The notes below the pieces were generated by a model. The model searched no databases, was not told the origin of the DNA, and was given only the letters and a program-made list of their open reading frames with translations. From contig OZ240215.1 in assembly GCA_965197585.1 (NCBI GenBank), forward strand, positions 1,312,001-1,376,000: a stretch of DNA of 64,000 bases, read 5' to 3'. Position 1 is the first letter of the stretch. Each line of letters opens with the position of its first letter. The DNA is from Dehalococcoidia bacterium (lineage in GTDB: Bacteria; Chloroflexota; Dehalococcoidia; Plut-88900). Of this stretch, positions 61,895-64,000 are shown in pieces. A program made the translations under genes and the position numbers.

Positions 61895-62455
61895 ATGCCC
61901 ACCACGATCAAAATACTCGTACCGATTGTAGGTCTTGGTGTTGGAGTCATCCTCGTCTTGACGGCGGTATTTTTGACGAAAGCCGTATTCTCCGAACCGT
62001 TCCAGGTATTTGGCATGGGCGCCGCTCCCGAGCAGCCCATCAACTTTCCCCACGACGTACATGTCGAAAAAGTCGGCATCGAGTGCATGTTCTGTCACCG
62101 CACCGTCGATTCCAGCGGACCCGCCGGCATACCCCCCGTTGAGCAATGTCTCTTCTGCCACAAGGATTTGGGCGATGAGCAATTCATCCTTTCCGGGAGC
62201 GAGGAACTGGAACTCCTCAGGTCTCACTTCGATAACGGAGACCCGATTCAGTGGAAACGAGTCCACCGCCTCCCCGACCACGTTCAGTTCCTCCATGAAG
62301 CCCACATAGGCGCCGGCATTAACTGCTCCACGTGCCACGGTGACGTGGGCGGCATGCAGGTGGTAGAGCAGGTCCGAGACTTGAAGATGGGAGACTGCGT
62401 TGACTGTCACCGGGAGAATAACGCCCCTACCGATTGTCTAACGTGTCACTATTAG
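61895..62455 (+). CDS. Membrane-anchored pentaheme cytochrome c (ActA/QrcA-like)
   Basis: Five CxxCH motifs (CMFCH, CLFCH, CSTCH, CVDCH, CLTCH); EQPINFPHDVH, W.RVHRLPDHVQF.H. Confidence 0.92.
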   Translation: MPTTIKILVPIVGLGVGVILVLTAVFLTKAVFSEPFQVFGMGAAPEQPINFPHDVHVEKVGIECMFCHRTVDSSGPAGIPPVEQCLFCHKDLGDEQFILSGSEELELLRSHFDNGDPIQWKRVHRLPDHVQFLHEAHIGAGINCSTCHGDVGGMQVVEQVRDLKMGDCVDCHRENNAPTDCLTCHY

Positions 62456-62489
62456 ACTTGGGAAGTGCACCTAAAGCGGTAAATTAAAA

Positions 62490-64000
62490 TTGCCAGTTAG
62501 CCGAAGACAATTTCTAAAGATCGCCGGTATCTCGTCATTGGGCGCGGTCATATTTAAGGCCTGTGGTTTCGATGCGGAAGAGAACCTCGTCGAGAGCCCG
62601 GTAAACCTCCCCGAAGACCTGGTCACCGGGACCGATAACTGGTATGCCAGCACGTGCCGGCAGTGCCCCGCAGGCTGCGGCAACATCGTTCGGGTTATGG
62701 AAGGCCGAGCCAAGAAGATCGAGGGTAACCCCAACCATCCCCTAAGCCGAGGCAAGCTCTGCGTAAGAGGCCAGGCTGGAGTCCAGGCCCTTTATCACCC
62801 CGACAGGATAGCCGGGCCTATGCGCCGCTCCGGTCCCCGAGGCTCCGGCCAATATGAACGTATATCTTGGAATGACGCCGAGGCAGAAATAGTCCCACGC
62901 CTCCAAAATGCCCAGGCCGACCGGGTGCTCCTGGCCACCGAGCCCCTCAGGGGTAGACTGGCAATGGTCACCAAACGGTTTGTCGAAGCCCTTGGCATCC
63001 GACATCACTCATTTGAAACCCTGGAGCGCTCCACTAACCTGAAAGCGGCAATGCGGCAGGTCTTCGGTGTGGAGCAGTTGCCGGAATTCGACCTCGAAAA
63101 CACGAGCTTCCTCCTCGGTTTCGGCGCAGACTTACTCGAGACTTGGCTTTCCACAGTCCGGTACAACCGCGGTTACGGCCATTTGCGACAGGGCGACCAC
63201 CGAGAGCGCGGGACATTCGTACATGTCGACAGCCGATTCTCCATGACCGCCGCCAACGCCGACAAGTGGGTACCCGTCAAACCCGGCATGGAGGGCATAT
63301 TAGCCCTCGGCTTAGCCTACGTAATTATCAGAGAAGAGCTCGGCGACAAGGCCGCAGCCGATGCCATGACCGGAGGCCGGGGCTTCGAAGCGCTCGCCCC
63401 CTTCGCCCCCAACCTAACCGCCGAAATGACAGGGGTGTCGGAGAACGAGGCCATTTCTCTAGCCCGACGTTTCGCCGAAGAGCAGCCGAGTCTCGCCATC
63501 GGAGGCGGCTCCGCCGGCGCACACACCAACGGTGTCTACAACCTGGCGGCTATATATTCTCTCAACGTGCTCGTAGGAAACCTGGGAGTGGATGGCGGCC
63601 TTCACTTCAATCCCTCGCCATTGTCTCCGGGCGCTGGCAGCTCTATTCCCGACTCCACGTTCAAGGACTGGCAGGATATCGCCAGCGACATGGGGAATGT
63701 GGAACTCCTTATGGTTAGGAACGTGGACCCCGTTCACGGCCTGCCGGAGGACCTGGGATTCCAGGAAGCCATTGGTAAGGTGCCCTACGTCGTTAGTTTC
63801 TCCAGCTTCATGGACGACACCACGTCCCAAGCCGATCTCATCCTGCCCGACAGCACTTATCTCGAAGCTTGGGGCGACGACGTTCCAGACCCGGGCCCCG
63901 GCTACGAAATGGTCACCTTCCAGCAGCCCGTGGTAGCTCCGTTCCAGGACACCCGGTCTTTCGGGGATGCTTTAATCGGCATCTCCAGCCGTCTTGGAGG
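62490..64000 (+). CDS. Tat-exported molybdopterin-oxidoreductase-like subunit (ActB/QrcB-like), partial
   Basis: Manual translation from TTG 62490: MPVSRRQFLK...KACG..., STCRQCPAGCG, KIEGNPNHPLSRGKLCVRGQ; runs off the right edge. Confidence 0.88.
   Translation, partial: MPVSRRQFLKIAGISSLGAVIFKACGFDAEENLVESPVNLPEDLVTGTDNWYASTCRQCPAGCGNIVRVMEGRAKKIEGNPNHPLSRGKLCVRGQAGVQALYHPDRIAGPMRRSGPRGSGQYERISWNDAEAEIVPRLQNAQADRVLLATEPLRGRLAMVTKRFVEALGIRHHSFETLERSTNLKAAMRQVFGVEQLPEFDLENTSFLLGFGADLLETWLSTVRYNRGYGHLRQGDHRERGTFVHVDSRFSMTAANADKWVPVKPGMEGILALGLAYVIIREELGDKAAADAMTGGRGFEALAPFAPNLTAEMTGVSENEAISLARRFAEEQPSLAIGGGSAGAHTNGVYNLAAIYSLNVLVGNLGVDGGLHFNPSPLSPGAGSSIPDSTFKDWQDIASDMGNVELLMVRNVDPVHGLPEDLGFQEAIGKVPYVVSFSSFMDDTTSQADLILPDSTYLEAWGDDVPDPGPGYEMVTFQQPVVAPFQDTRSFGDALIGISSRLG

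Overview
Moderately high-GC chromosomal segment that reads as Chloroflexota, most likely Dehalococcoidia/SAR202-like. This is inferred from gene content: LLM monooxygenase, amidohydrolase, PPOX/F420-type protein, PT-repeat lipoprotein SBPs and AGAAC-N4-GTTCT LexA boxes. Housekeeping genes (mfd, tilS, pncAB, purFMH, dgt-dnaG-rpoD, lysA, holB, ffh, hspR-grpE-dnaK) alternate with accessory regions. Main points: (1) a coupled minus-strand lipid cluster (FAR-acyltransferase fusion, HAD-IB, Zn-ADH, LarA/DUF2088-like, DAG kinase, second HAD) resembling the myxobacterial elb ether-lipid locus; (2) a DUF5343-like gene divergent from an FtsZ paralog lacking the canonical tail, separated by an array of about 7 AGGCAA motifs, a TubZRC-like layout; (3) a Fic gene bracketed by four fixed-register 65-bp composite sites next to a broken PLD gene; (4) tilS apparently starting at ATC; (5) a recurring TGTGA-N6-CCCC-(-35)-N18-(-10) promoter architecture and an apparently SOS-controlled tandem-repeat protein; (6) triplicated SBPs with a fused permease and no ATPase; (7) the start of an ACIII/Qrc-like respiratory operon. 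No rRNA, tRNA, CRISPR array or transposase was recognised. All family calls come from motif recognition, not database searches.
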